Below, in pieces: positions 1 to 11,222 of a DNA stretch of 64,000 nucleotides. The stretch covers positions 2,604,001-2,668,000 of the forward strand of contig JBHGNT010000008.1 in the NCBI GenBank assembly GCA_043228905.1. The letters run 5' to 3'. The stretch's first letter is position 1. Every line of letters starts with the position of its first letter. The notes below the pieces were generated by a model. It searched no databases. It was not told where the DNA came from and saw only the letters and a list, made by a program, of their open reading frames with translations. The translations under genes and the position numbers were made by a program. Origin of the DNA: Azolla caroliniana (taxonomy: Eukaryota > Plantae > Polypodiophyta).

Positions 1-3000
1 TTCCCTCCTTACTTGACCTTTGCCAAGCATGCATAGGTAGTGTTGAAAATAATCAAACATACATATTTAGTTTTGAATATATATAAACATAATTTGGTAA
101 GTTTCCATTGATTTAAAAACCAAATGTTCAAGTTTGAAGATTACAACAACAAATACCAATTGACATTTTCAACTTCTCTGTTCGTGAAGTTTTAAAATTT
201 TAAGAACCATGAAAATGGAGATGTACCTTTGAATTACCCCTTGAATCATACTGAAAAGTTGAAAACTATCCTTAATATTATTATTGACATTATCTAAACA
301 CCTTATTATTATTAGTACAATCGTTACTTTCCATGCTCTTCACACCTGATACTACAAATTTGTTCAATTTAATAATTAAAAACATAGCTTTCAAGCTCAA
401 AACTATCTCCTCCTCAAGATTTAGAGAGAGAATAATGATTTCAAATTGCACATGGTGTGGTCTACTCAACTTTTCCATCACTCCACACATCCCAGTAATC
501 TTTGACAAGGTAAGGTCATAGATAAGAGAAAGTGTCCATATGACATTTTAAAATTTGTACAGGGATCCATAGATGTGTCAAGCTCAATGTCCATGTGGAG
601 TGGTGGCATTGACATTTCGATACAATTGATGTATTAAGCATAGAGTATGGTATGCATGTGTGATGCATCTTTGGTAGAGACCTAATTTAACAACCTTTAG
701 GTTGGAAAACAATGCCTCGCTATGTTATGAACTAAATGAAGTTTAATTTCTTGGATCCCCCAAAACATACATGGACATGCATGTGCATGTGCATGTGCAA
801 GAACAATTAATTGTGAGCACACAATCTTACTCATGTGCACAACCTTGGTATCTTTGACATATCTAAACCTCTCATCTTCAACATCTGGTCAATTGATGTG
901 TTTGATTGAAAAGTCTATCATACTTTTTCACGAGGGAGAGAAATTTCAAGGCATACATGTGAACATACATTTAGTTCCAACTAAAAAGAGGTACTAATGG
1001 ACTCATATCCCACCACTTATTCGTAGCATCATTGAGATTCAAAAGTCAAAGCTACTTTTCAAGATATTTTCGTTGTTGGTGGCTATTTTTAATGGCAAAG
1101 AGAGAAAGGGAAAATGCCTTCGTTTGGGTACACCAAAACAAGCTTGTTAAACCCAAGTTAACAAATCCACCCTTTGGGTATCTAGTAAATGTTTGAGACG
1201 ACAAGTATTATGGTAAATTCCCGGAGCATTTTTGGTGTTTCTCTACTCTTGTTTTGTTACAAACTTCGTCATCAAACTTTATTAGTATAAAAAACTTAGT
1301 CATCTTTACTTGATTATGGTAAAGGGTTTCTTTTAACACACGACCATGTTACTAAAGAGTTTGTTTTGTTTGTTGCGCATATTAATTTTAGCATGCCTCT
1401 TAGTTTTATTGGTCATGGTTACATCGGGAGGTGTGTCTTGGCTCTTGATAAGTTTTTCATTTATGTATACAAATTTGCGCGATATTTCCCTTTCCCAATC
1501 TTTGTAAAGGATTATTCACATAGCCTCAAGTAGACTTTGTACAAATGCATATTATCTTATTGTATTGTGCGTACGTGTCATAACGATCCCATAAAATAAT
1601 ACTAGATGTCACAACTCAGCTTCATCATTGTATGCAACACTTAACTACAAAAAAGTATTGCGTGACATTGACTGCTCTCCTATATCCATGTATACTTTTG
1701 TTTAACGTGTAGGCATTACATGTATCCTTGTGGACCTATTGGGTTTAGGTTTGGCATCCATTTTCCTTAAATTATATAGTGTTATTCATCTCTACTTTTT
1801 GATAAGCAAACAATTAATATAATGTCATTCTAGATCCAAGCATTGCATTTCAAATATATAGTCTTTGATAAATATTATAGCATGTAAGCCCTTTTACGTG
1901 TTGCACATCCCATAATGTTTCATGAAAGGATAAGGACCAACTAATCAAGTGTCATTTTAGATTCAATAAGTTTTTCATTTCCATGTACAGGGTGAAGGGC
2001 CAATAACATAATGTGAACTAAAGATAGGTTGCAGACAAAACCTTTTGTATATAGGAAGATAAGACCATAACATGGGTAATAGAAAAACATCATATACATG
2101 TCACATATCCATTCGAAAAATAAATGGCACTTCTCTTCATTTTCTAGATAAGTGACGTAAACTCTATGTGAATTCAATTAAGCTTCTAAAGTTCAAACAA
2201 AATTAGGGCATTTAAAAGCAATTCAAATGCCACCAAACCTTGTCCCTCAATTTGTGCAACTCATTGAATGAACAATCACATGTATCATTTCAGGAATATA
2301 GACACAATGAAAGAGGTTTTGTGTCTTCTATGTCTCCAAAATGAGAGAAGACGGCCCATTGATGTAATGAGAAAGCAAGAAATAGTGTGAACAAACACTT
2401 TTTATGTGAAGGATATAAACTATAGTGCCATATGATTGCAACCATTGAATTCCACTTTAAACATGTTTGCGTTCACAAGTGGAAGGATTGTGCACAAATA
2501 GAAGGATAAAGAATATTCCGTTTGATTTTGGGGCTTTTTTGGGCATTTCACAAAACTCCTTGATACCAGTATCACATTTTCTCGAAAACTTGATGAAAAA
2601 GCAGAAAATTTCACCATTTGGTAAAATTGGAAAATGTCAAAATTAGGCCAAATATGAAAAGTAACTTTGTGTATTTTTAAGGAAAAATGATAACAAATAA
2701 ATTTTTTTAGATATTAAAGAAATCAAAAGTAAAAAATTTCAAAACAATCAAATTTTGTATATCATTCAATAAAATGTTGTCTAAATCTGTTACATATCGT
2801 CGCACAAAATATACATTAAGGAGTTATTTGCATCACTGTGATCACTCCTTTCATGAGAGTCACTATTATAGCTAATATACAATTGTGACTCTTCCTCATT
2901 TTCAAATGTACCAATCAAAGCATTGTCTTCATCTAAAACCAAATGGTGTCTCCAAATTATGTGCACTAAATCTTGTTCGCCTTCAATATGAGAACCTTCT

Positions 3001-3659
3001 AGACTTGGTAATTTCTTTTTTATTATTTCTATCGTTGACATCCTTAAACGTCCAACTTTTGTCAGTGTAAAGTCATACACAATGATTACCATCGACACAA
3101 TTATTTTAAAAATAGAGATTTCAGTACAATTCGATACATTGTAACGAATTCATATTGCAGTACAATTCGATACTCAGGTTCAAAGTTTTTTCATCAAAAT
3201 TCGATTCTTAGTATCAAATTTAGGTTCAAAGTTTTTATTTTATTTTATTTCGAAAAAAACCCCTTAAACTTGAATTTAATATTAAGTCTTGAATTGTGAT
3301 CATAATTTGAAACCTGAATTCGATACTAAGTATTGAATTGTGATGAAAACAGGGTGTTTTCATCACAATTCAATACTTATGGAAAAAAAAACATGGACTC
3401 ATAGTTGTTAGAAAACACGTATTCTACATTAGAGTACGTTTTAGAATACTCTAAAGTATTCTACATGTATTCTACGTTTTAGAACTGCTGTTTTTAAAAA
3501 TTTGACGTATTCTACGTATTTAACAAGTATTTATCATTTCAAAAAATATTTTCTTTTTTTGAAAAAAACACTTTAAAATTTAAGAAGTATTTAACATATT
3601 TTATAAGTATTCTACACGTATTCTAAGAATTCTAAACGTATTCTAAGTATTCTACACGT

Positions 3660-4318
3660 TGTCGTGAAGAAAACCGTCCCCAGGCGCAAACCGTGTATAG
3701 CGTGTGTGAACCGGCCCTCACACGTGGGCATGCCCCTTGTTGTATAGTAGATAGGTAGGCACAAAAGTCGAATCCTAGGTAGCAATATTCTATAGAGAGA
3801 ATTAATGTGATGTAAATGGGTGAAACGACCTCCCTCCTTGAGCTATAAAAGAGAGGGAGACGGGGAGAGAAGGTATCGCGCGCTAGAGGGGATGAAGTGC
3901 TGTCAGACTGGGACCGAGCTCTTCTTCTCTGTCGTTCTCCATAGCTTTTTTTTGCGTAGGCTCTCGAGAGGCCAAATCTTCTCCGTGGAACGCCCGTGTG
4001 CTTCCGGCAGAATCTCCATCTTGCTCCCTTGTGTGCATAGGTGATCAGGCGTCAACATCCATCTCGCCGACCTGATCGGCTGTAACCGTTCGAGTCGTCT
4101 GCATACATATATTTATATACATACGCTTGCGTTCTTATACTCTACCTCCTGCTCAACTTGTGTCTCCTGTGTTGTTGGGTCGCGTTCCCGTGCGCTTCTT
4201 TGTCTATACGTGTGTGAGCGTCTCTCTCTCTCTCTCTCTCCCTTTTCTCACCTATTCCTCGGTCCAAGACCCCAGTGGTCCCGCCTTGTTCTCCACGCAC
4301 GCACGTAACAACGCAACA
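3660..4318 (+). repeat. 5' LTR of G1
   Basis: Direct repeat of 9853-10525; TATAAAA near 3844; (CT)n tract. Confidence 0.95.
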
Positions 4319-4325
4319 TCTCTTT

Positions 4326-4343
4326 TGGTGAACCTGACGTGAA
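4326..4343 (+). promoter_or_regulatory. Primer binding site complementary to tRNA-Trp 3' end
   Basis: TGGTGAACCTGACGTGAA, 1 mismatch to the complement of the plant tRNA-Trp(CCA) 3' end (TGGTGAACCCGACGTGAA, recalled from memory); G2 has TGGTGAACCCCACGTGAA. Confidence 0.8.
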
Positions 4344-4364
4344 CAGGCGGCAAAGGAGTAGAAG

Positions 4365-6491
4365 ATGAGGGGGCCGGACCTCGTAGAAGCCATGGCTTCG
4401 GCTGTGGACCGTATAGTGAGTGCACGCAAAGGCACCAACGCCCTTGATAGGGCTATCAAGGCGGTTGTCAGTACGATCGGCTGGTTTAGTGGGAAGGATG
4501 CCACGAGCTACTTGGCGTCCTACCGGGCTGAGATGGTAATGAGGGACATTCCGAAAGAGAGGCGTCTAGCCGGATTCCCTCGAGTGGCGATGCCGGGCAT
4601 CCATACGGAGGTGCTCGAGGTACGGGCCGAGAGCCGAACTTGGGAGGAGTTCGAAGGTCGGCTCCTCAAAAAATACGGGCTTGAAGATGCGCTTCGACTT
4701 TCGAAGCGGGACTTCATGGAGTGGGTGGAGACCCCCGATAAAGGAAGGAACGCGTCGGTGCTCCTCCGAGAGTTTGAGGAATGCTTCGCGCGCCTCTCGG
4801 TGCTTGACCGGACCATTCTGGACACAAGTCGTGTCCTATTGTTTGTTAAGTCAGTTGACGAGCGGGATCGGGAGCAAGTAGGCCTCCTATTGGAGACTGA
4901 TGACGGGCTGACGGCCGACTGGGCCGTGGTGAAGAGGGTCTGTGGCCGTTTCGACAAACGACGGGAATGGGTTGACAAAGGATCGACAAGGGCGGGCTTT
5001 GTCGAAGCAAGGAAGCTCGAGCCAACACCACCAACGCGAAGGGAAGAGACCCGAGATTGGCTCGAGACCGGATCGGCTTCGACCAGCATTGTCAAGGGCT
5101 CGTCCGAGGGAGCAGCTTTGGAGGAACTGACGCGGATGGTAAAGGATCTCCAGATCGCCCAGGCACGTAGGGATGGTGGTGAACAGGCCCGTGACCGACG
5201 ACCTCTGGCTGGAAATAGGTGCATGTGGTGTGATGCGGTTGGCCACATCCGAAAGGATTGCGGGGACTTCGCCGAGGCGATGAGAAGCAACGTGGTGTAC
5301 CTGTGGAACGGTCGGGTGCACGCCAGCGAGACCCGAAGGTCCCTAAACCTGAACGTCGAGCGAGGAGGTATGAAAAGGCTGATGGAGGAGGTGGCGGCTC
5401 GTCATGTGGAGACCGTCCACTACTCGACGTCAGCTGGTATTCGGGTCGGAGGTGGCGAGGCCCCGAAGACGAACAAAGCCGGGTTCTGGCCGACGATGCT
5501 AGAAGGCCTAGCCGGCGCACAACTAAGGAAAGAAGAGGTGGACTGCGCGGAAAAACGGGTCCGAGAGGTAACCGGGTGGAGTGACCCGGTGGAAGAAAAG
5601 ACGGGTTTCGTCGAAGCCGCTTGTCAAAACTACGAGGCTCTGGTGGAGGACAAGCGGGTAGCAAAAACCGGAGGGGCCGGGCCCTCGCAACGATATGAAA
5701 CTCGATTCGGGCAAAGGCGGAATGAGGCCAGTGTAACCGGCGCCCAGGATAATCCCAAGAGGGGCGGGTACCGGCTAGGCACAGAAATCGAAAGATCCAC
5801 GGACCTACGAAAGGTCCTGGAGGAACGAATCCTCGACAGCAAGGTGGAACTGTGGCTGAGGGAAGTGCTCGGGATCGCCAAGAAGGAGTTCCACGACTCC
5901 ATCGTAGACTTGGTGAAGAGGAAGAGGCTGTCGACGGAGACAGAACCGGAAAAGCCGGTGGAGGTGCGGACGACGCACATAGAGGACATGGCGCTGGAAG
6001 ACGAGTTGGCGGAGAGCCACTATTCGAGGCCGCACTAGGCCAGAGCGACCACGAAGACCCCCGTGAAGATCAGAGATGTTCATGAACCGGTGGTGGCGTT
6101 GGTGGACCACGGTTCAGAAATCAATTTGATGTCCATGGACTTCTACAAGAAGGGGAAATGGCCGATCAACACCAAGCACGGGTGGAAAATACGGGTAGTG
6201 ACGCGTGCCACCGAAGAACTGCATGGAGCCTGCCCGAATGTACGAGTAAAGATCGGCGATGTCGAGATTGACCAGCACTTCTTCGTGCAAGAGACGTCCT
6301 CACATCTGGTTATACTAGGAGAACCGTACATCACGGCAGCACGGATGGAGACCAAGGTGTTGGACAACGGCTCGGCCTATGCAAGGGTCAAGAGCCAGGA
6401 TGGGCGTCACTTGGTCCAGTTCTTGACGATGAGACCGAACCATGAGCGGAACCACGAGACCCTTGGGGGCGAAAGCCGAGAGGATTTTTAG
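4365..6491 (+). pseudogene. gag: G1 Gag-protease ORF with one premature stop (TAG at 6036, Trp in G2)
   Basis: Zn knuckle CMWCDAVGHIRKDC; protease ALVDHGSEINL; ends REDF*, matching QEDF* in G2. Confidence 0.9.
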
Positions 6492-9400
6492 AGAGGGCTA
6501 TCAAGGCGTGGGGCCGCGATAGTCCGGACACTCCGGGAAAACCCCACAAGTGTACGATAGCGAAGAAGACCTGTACTATAAGTAGGAAATTTTGGTTCTC
6601 CGACAAGGGAGGGTGTACGATGGTCGACATCGTTGGCCGGAAGAAGAAAAGGGCGGAGGAGCGACTTCGAGCATGTGGTATCCTCGGCCCTGGAGAGGAA
6701 ATCAACGGAGCCGTGGAGGTAGTCTCTTTCGACGATACCTTGGGGGAGCTGCGAGAGGTAGTCGGAGGAGTCCTTAAAGAGGACCAGACGATTCCGGTAT
6801 GTTCGGAAAGGATGTACGAAGTCATCGCGGACTTCAGTAGAGGGCTCGAGTCGGATCGGACGGCCCGGGTGGACACGAGGTACAAGACTGTGGACCAGAA
6901 GGTGAGGCCAGTCGCGGCTCCCTTGCCGGAGGGCAGTGAGTTGCGAATAAAGGGGGTTGCGTCGGACCCGAGTTTACGAAATCCGGCCCGCATAGGACAC
7001 ATGTTCACCGACATAACGCTACGTGAGCTCAAAATCGGTGGGGGCGGCTTCCTACTGCAGGCGGAAGAGGACCAGTTTCGGGGAATGCTCGGAAGGCACG
7101 GGAAGGCTTTCGCATTCTCACCGGAGGAGATCGAGTGCGTAGACCCGACAGTCGTGGAACCGATGGTGATATTCACAGTACCGCATATGCCGTGGAGTCT
7201 CAAACCGATTCCAGTACCCAGAGCTCACATCCCGAAGCTGATGGAGCTGTTAAAGCAGAAGGTCGAGATGGGCATCCTCGAATCGGTGGTTTACTGTGCC
7301 AAAGAAGAACGGCACGCTGCGCTTTATTCAAGACCTGCAACCGGTCAACAAGGTGACCATTCGAAACGCAGGAATCGGACCGACAATAGACGAGGTGAAC
7401 ACAATGAACAAGGTGCTGAGGGATTGTATCCCGGACATCACCATGCCGTTTTTGGACGACGTCCCAATCAAGGGATGCCCGGTGGAGGAAAAGGACGAGA
7501 CGATTGGACCGGACGGGTGCCGGAAATTTGTGGCGACACACATCGATGACTGCGAGAAGGCACTGCAGAGGTTAGAGGGCACGAGGCTCACCTTCTCCGG
7601 GGAAAAATCGGCCTTCGGGCAATCAAAGATCATGGTCATCGGACACCTATGTGGGTCGTACGGCCGGAAACCGATTCCGGCTAAGGTAGAAGCCATCTCC
7701 GCGATGAAGCACGACTGTAGCTCGGTCACGGGGGTTCGGAGGTTCTTGGGAGCATGCGCGTTCTACCACATATGGATCCCACATTACGCCCACGTCGCGG
7801 AGCCGTTATATGGGTTGCTGAAAAAGGGGCGAAAATTCAAGTGGAGAGACGAGCATACGGAGTCTGTCCGAAAGATGAAGGAAGCACTTGCCGCAGCTCC
7901 GGCGCTCCGAAAGGCTGTCTACGGAAAGGACACTCACCTTTACGTAATGGTAGACACGAGTCCGACTGGGATCAGGTGGTTCGTCAACCAAGAGGACGAG
8001 GACGGCATGCGTTTCCCGATCCGGTACGACACGAAGGTCCTCAGCGAGCGACAACGAGGATACGCCCAGGTTAAACACGAGCTTTGGGGTATTGTTTCGG
8101 CGGTAAAGGCCGATAAAGACTACCTGATCGGGATAGAGGTAATTATCGAGACGGACTGCCTGCCAATTCTTGGCATGGTTTCCGGATGCGCGACGCCGGA
8201 CCTGGCAATGCTCAGGTGGATAGCGTACATCAAGTCCCTAAATCCGGAAATACGACACATTTCCGGGAAAGACAATGCCATGACCGACATGCTTTCAAGG
8301 GTGAGGTTCGAAAACGAGGGCGGCATGGTTTCGGAGGACAAGGAAGTCGGCGTGGACTTCTTCGAGGCGGCTTACGTAACAACCAGGGAATGCACTCCAA
8401 CGCTTAACAATTTCGACGAGAGCAAGTACAACGGGGAGTGGCTGCAGATCGGCGGGTTCCTGAAAACAATGACACGGGACGTGGCATGGACAAAGGATGA
8501 GGCCAACCGAATTCGGAAGAAAGCTTACTGATTCTTTCTCTGGGACGGGTACATATGGAAGCATCTGAAGAAGAGGAACGACATCCCGCTCCGAGTGGTG
8601 GCGAAGAAGGAGGAACAGGAGGATTTGCTGGCGGCGTACCACGATAGTCCTTGGGCTGGACACCGTGGAACGTGGGCCACGTTCAAAAAGCTAAAGGGGA
8701 AGTACTGGTGGCCGGGACTATACTGGGACGTGCATTGGTTCGTGACGACTTGTGAAAGCTGTCAGGTGCACTCCATGATCCAACACCGGGACGAGCTTCA
8801 CCCGACCTACCCTCCGACTATCCACTTCAAATGGATGGTGGATTTGGTGACGATGCCAATGGGGGTAGGACAGATGTGGTATCTGGTGCTGGCTCGGGAG
8901 GATCTAACGAACCAAGTTGAAGGCCGAGCCCTGCAGAACAAGACGACTGCAGCCGTGTGCCGGTTTTTGATTGAGGACGTGGTATGTCGATACGGGTGCG
9001 TAGGGAAGATCGTGGCTGACCGTGGTGAGTTGGACGCAGAAGAGGCCGAAGAGCCGTTCGACCGGCTAGGTGTCAAACTTTCGCTCACCACAGCGTACAA
9101 TCCGGATGCGAACGGGAAGGTAGAGCGCGGACACGGGCCGGTTGTCAAAGCGCTAGTACGGGCGTGCGGAGGCCAAGTCGGGAACTAGCCACGACTGCTA
9201 CCTTATGCCTTGTGGGCAGACCGGACTATGCACAGTTCGGTAACCGGGTTCATGCCGGCAGAGCTTATGTTCGGACAGAAGCCGATCATACCAACAGAAC
9301 GAACGATCTCCTCGTGGGCCATGGTGGACTGGAGGGATGAGATGAGCCGGGAGGAACTGTTGGCGGCGCGGATTCGACAGCTCGAGCGGAGGCCGGAGGA

Positions 9401-9776
9401 CGTAGAGTGAGCCGCGAAGAAACTTCGGGTAGCGAGGATAAGGAACAAAGCCCGGTTCGACCGAACACACCGGCTCCGGCCAAGGAAGATCGAGGAAGGT
9501 GAGTGGGTGCTAGTCTACAACATCAGCCTCGACAATCAGCACATGGCCACGCGGAAGTTTGCGAGGAGGTGGTTTGGGCCTTACGTAGTAACAGGCGCCA
9601 ACGACAATGGGACGTACCATCTCGCGGAGCTCGACGGTACGAGAATGGCGATACCGGTAGTAGGGAAGAGGATCAAAGCGTTCAAGAAACGACACGACGG
9701 CAAGCCGGAGCTAGGAGGCATGGACAACAACGACGAGCAGCCCGAGGCGGAGGACGAATCGGTAAACGAGGAATAA
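6482..9776 (+). pseudogene. pol: G1 RT-RNaseH-integrase, disrupted by a frameshift near 7283, a 58-aa RT deletion and stops
   Basis: PFLDD RT motif; RNaseH DTSP/ETDC; integrase HHCC, WMVDL, VADRGE, NGKVER and GPY motifs. Confidence 0.92.
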
Positions 9777-9852
9777 AAGCAAGGACCGGTTTTCTCCAGT
9801 AGGAACCCAATTTTGGCGCATACCGGTGGATGCGCGGTTAGGTGGGGGTGGA

Positions 9853-10412
9853 TGTCGTGAAGAAAACCGTCCCCAGGCGCAAACCGTGTATAGCGTGTGT
9901 GAACCGGCCCTCACACGTGGGCACACCCCTTGTTGTATAGTAGATAGGTAGGCACAAAAGTCGAATCCTAGGTAGCAATATTCTATAGAGAGAATTAATG
10001 TGATGTAAATGGGTGAAACGACCTCCCTCCTTGAGCTATAAAAGAGAGGGAGACGGGGAGAGAAGGTATCGCGCGCTAGAGGGGATGAAGTGCTGTCAGA
10101 CTGGGACCGAGCTCTTCTTCTCTGTCGTTCTCCATAGCTTTTTTTTGCGTAGGCTCTCGAGAGGCCAAATCTTCTCCGTGGAACGCCCGTGTGCTTCCGG
10201 CAGAATCTCCATCTTGCTCCCCTGTGTGCATAGGTGATCAGGCGTCGACATCCATCTCGCCGACCTGATCGGCTGTAACCGTTCGAGTCGTCTGCATACA
10301 TATATTTATATACATACGCTTGCGTTCTTATACTCTACCTCCTGCTCAACTTGTGTCTCCTGTGTTGTTGGGCCGCGTTCCCGTGCGCTTCTTTGTCTAT
10401 ACGTGTGTGAGC

Positions 10413-10450
<38 letters not shown>

Positions 10451-10525
10451 TTTCTCACCTATTCCTCGGTCCAAGACCCCAGTGGTCCCGCCTTGTTCTC
10501 CACACACGCGCGTAACAACGCGACA
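9853..10525 (+). repeat. 3' LTR of G1
   Basis: Direct repeat of the 5' LTR, preceded by PPT aggtgggggtgga. Confidence 0.95.
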
Positions 10526-10687
10526 ACGTATTCAGAGTATTCTACATGTATTCAAAGTATTTAACGTATTTAACGTACTTTATCTATAAAATACGTATTC
10601 TAAGTGTTCAAAAAAACATGTTAGAATACTTGTAGAATACTTTGAATACGTATTTTATGTTATGTATTTTGCAACAATGCTTGGACT

Positions 10688-11130
10688 TGTCATGAACACA
10701 TGACCATTATGGCGTCACCTAGACTTGAATCTCAAACCTTGTAATCCATACTTGAAAACCTCAACCATTAAGATAGCTTATTGTTATATGAAACAATAAA
10801 AGCTACTTCTTATATTACATTGATTATTGTAAAACCTCTAGATTATTCTAGAATGTTCTAGAATGTTCTAGAGCCTTCTAGGTCTAGAACATTCTAGAAC
10901 ATTCTAGAAATCTCTAAGCTATTCTATAGGAACCTATAAATAAGGGCATACACGTATTCTCAAATCAATTCGAATCAACCCAGTCTTTAACTCTCATTAC
11001 ATATCTTGTATCCATTCTCTTTCTTTCTCTATCTTATACATCCATTCTTCTCTTAGTATTTCGTTCCTTTCTTCTCGTGTTCTCTAATATCCTTCTTCCA
11101 TCACTCTATCTTTTATCCTTGGTTCTGACA
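10688..11130 (+). repeat. 5' LTR of C1
   Basis: Repeated at 16022-16465 and 61257-61711; TATA box at 10935. Confidence 0.95.
10846..10909. promoter_or_regulatory. Heat-shock-element-like array (alternating nTTCn/nGAAn) forming a perfect 27-bp inverted repeat
   Basis: TTCTAGAATGTTCTAGAATGTTCTAGA-10nt-TCTAGAACATTCTAGAACATTCTAGAA, 25 bp upstream of TATAAATA. Confidence 0.75.
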
Positions 11131-11148
11131 GTTTGATTCTCTTTCTCT

Positions 11149-11197
<49 letters not shown>

Positions 11198-11222
11198 CCT
11201 CCTTTGTAACCATCCTGAAACC

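Larger units (their letters stand above)
3660..10525 (+). mobile_element. Ty3/gypsy non-chromovirus LTR retrotransposon G1 (Phygy/Selgy-like), full-length, decayed
   Basis: LTRs 3660-4318 and 9853-10525 (TG...CA), tRNA-Trp PBS, PPT ~9840-9852, 4-bp TSD ACGT, Gag-PR-RT-RH-INT order. Confidence 0.95.
3400..10679. mobile_element. hAT-like MITE (~410 bp: 3400-3659 plus 10530-10679), split by gypsy element G1
   Basis: Imperfect TIRs CATAGTTGT.../...GCAACAATG; 8-bp TSD catggact (3392-3399) / cttggact (10680-10687); body of tattcta/gtattt subrepeats continuous across the gypsy insertion. Confidence 0.7.

Noticed and set aside
1-2400. AT-rich region with short ORFs and stretches that look like decayed minus-strand coding sequence
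   Set aside because: Many stops and no recognisable motif; cannot be assigned without a translated search
2790-3098. 102-aa acidic minus-strand ORF
   Set aside because: Starts inside the foldback arm, non-ATG start, no domain; probably spurious
3120-3660. Regularly recurring aattcgatac / tattctac motifs resembling a repeat-spacer array
   Set aside because: Irregular spacing, degenerate, and inside DNA-transposon arms; not CRISPR
4520-5664. Long antisense and alternate-frame ORFs over gag (and similar ones over all GC-rich pol genes)
   Set aside because: Shadow ORFs expected from GC-rich coding sequence; boundaries differ between G1 and G2
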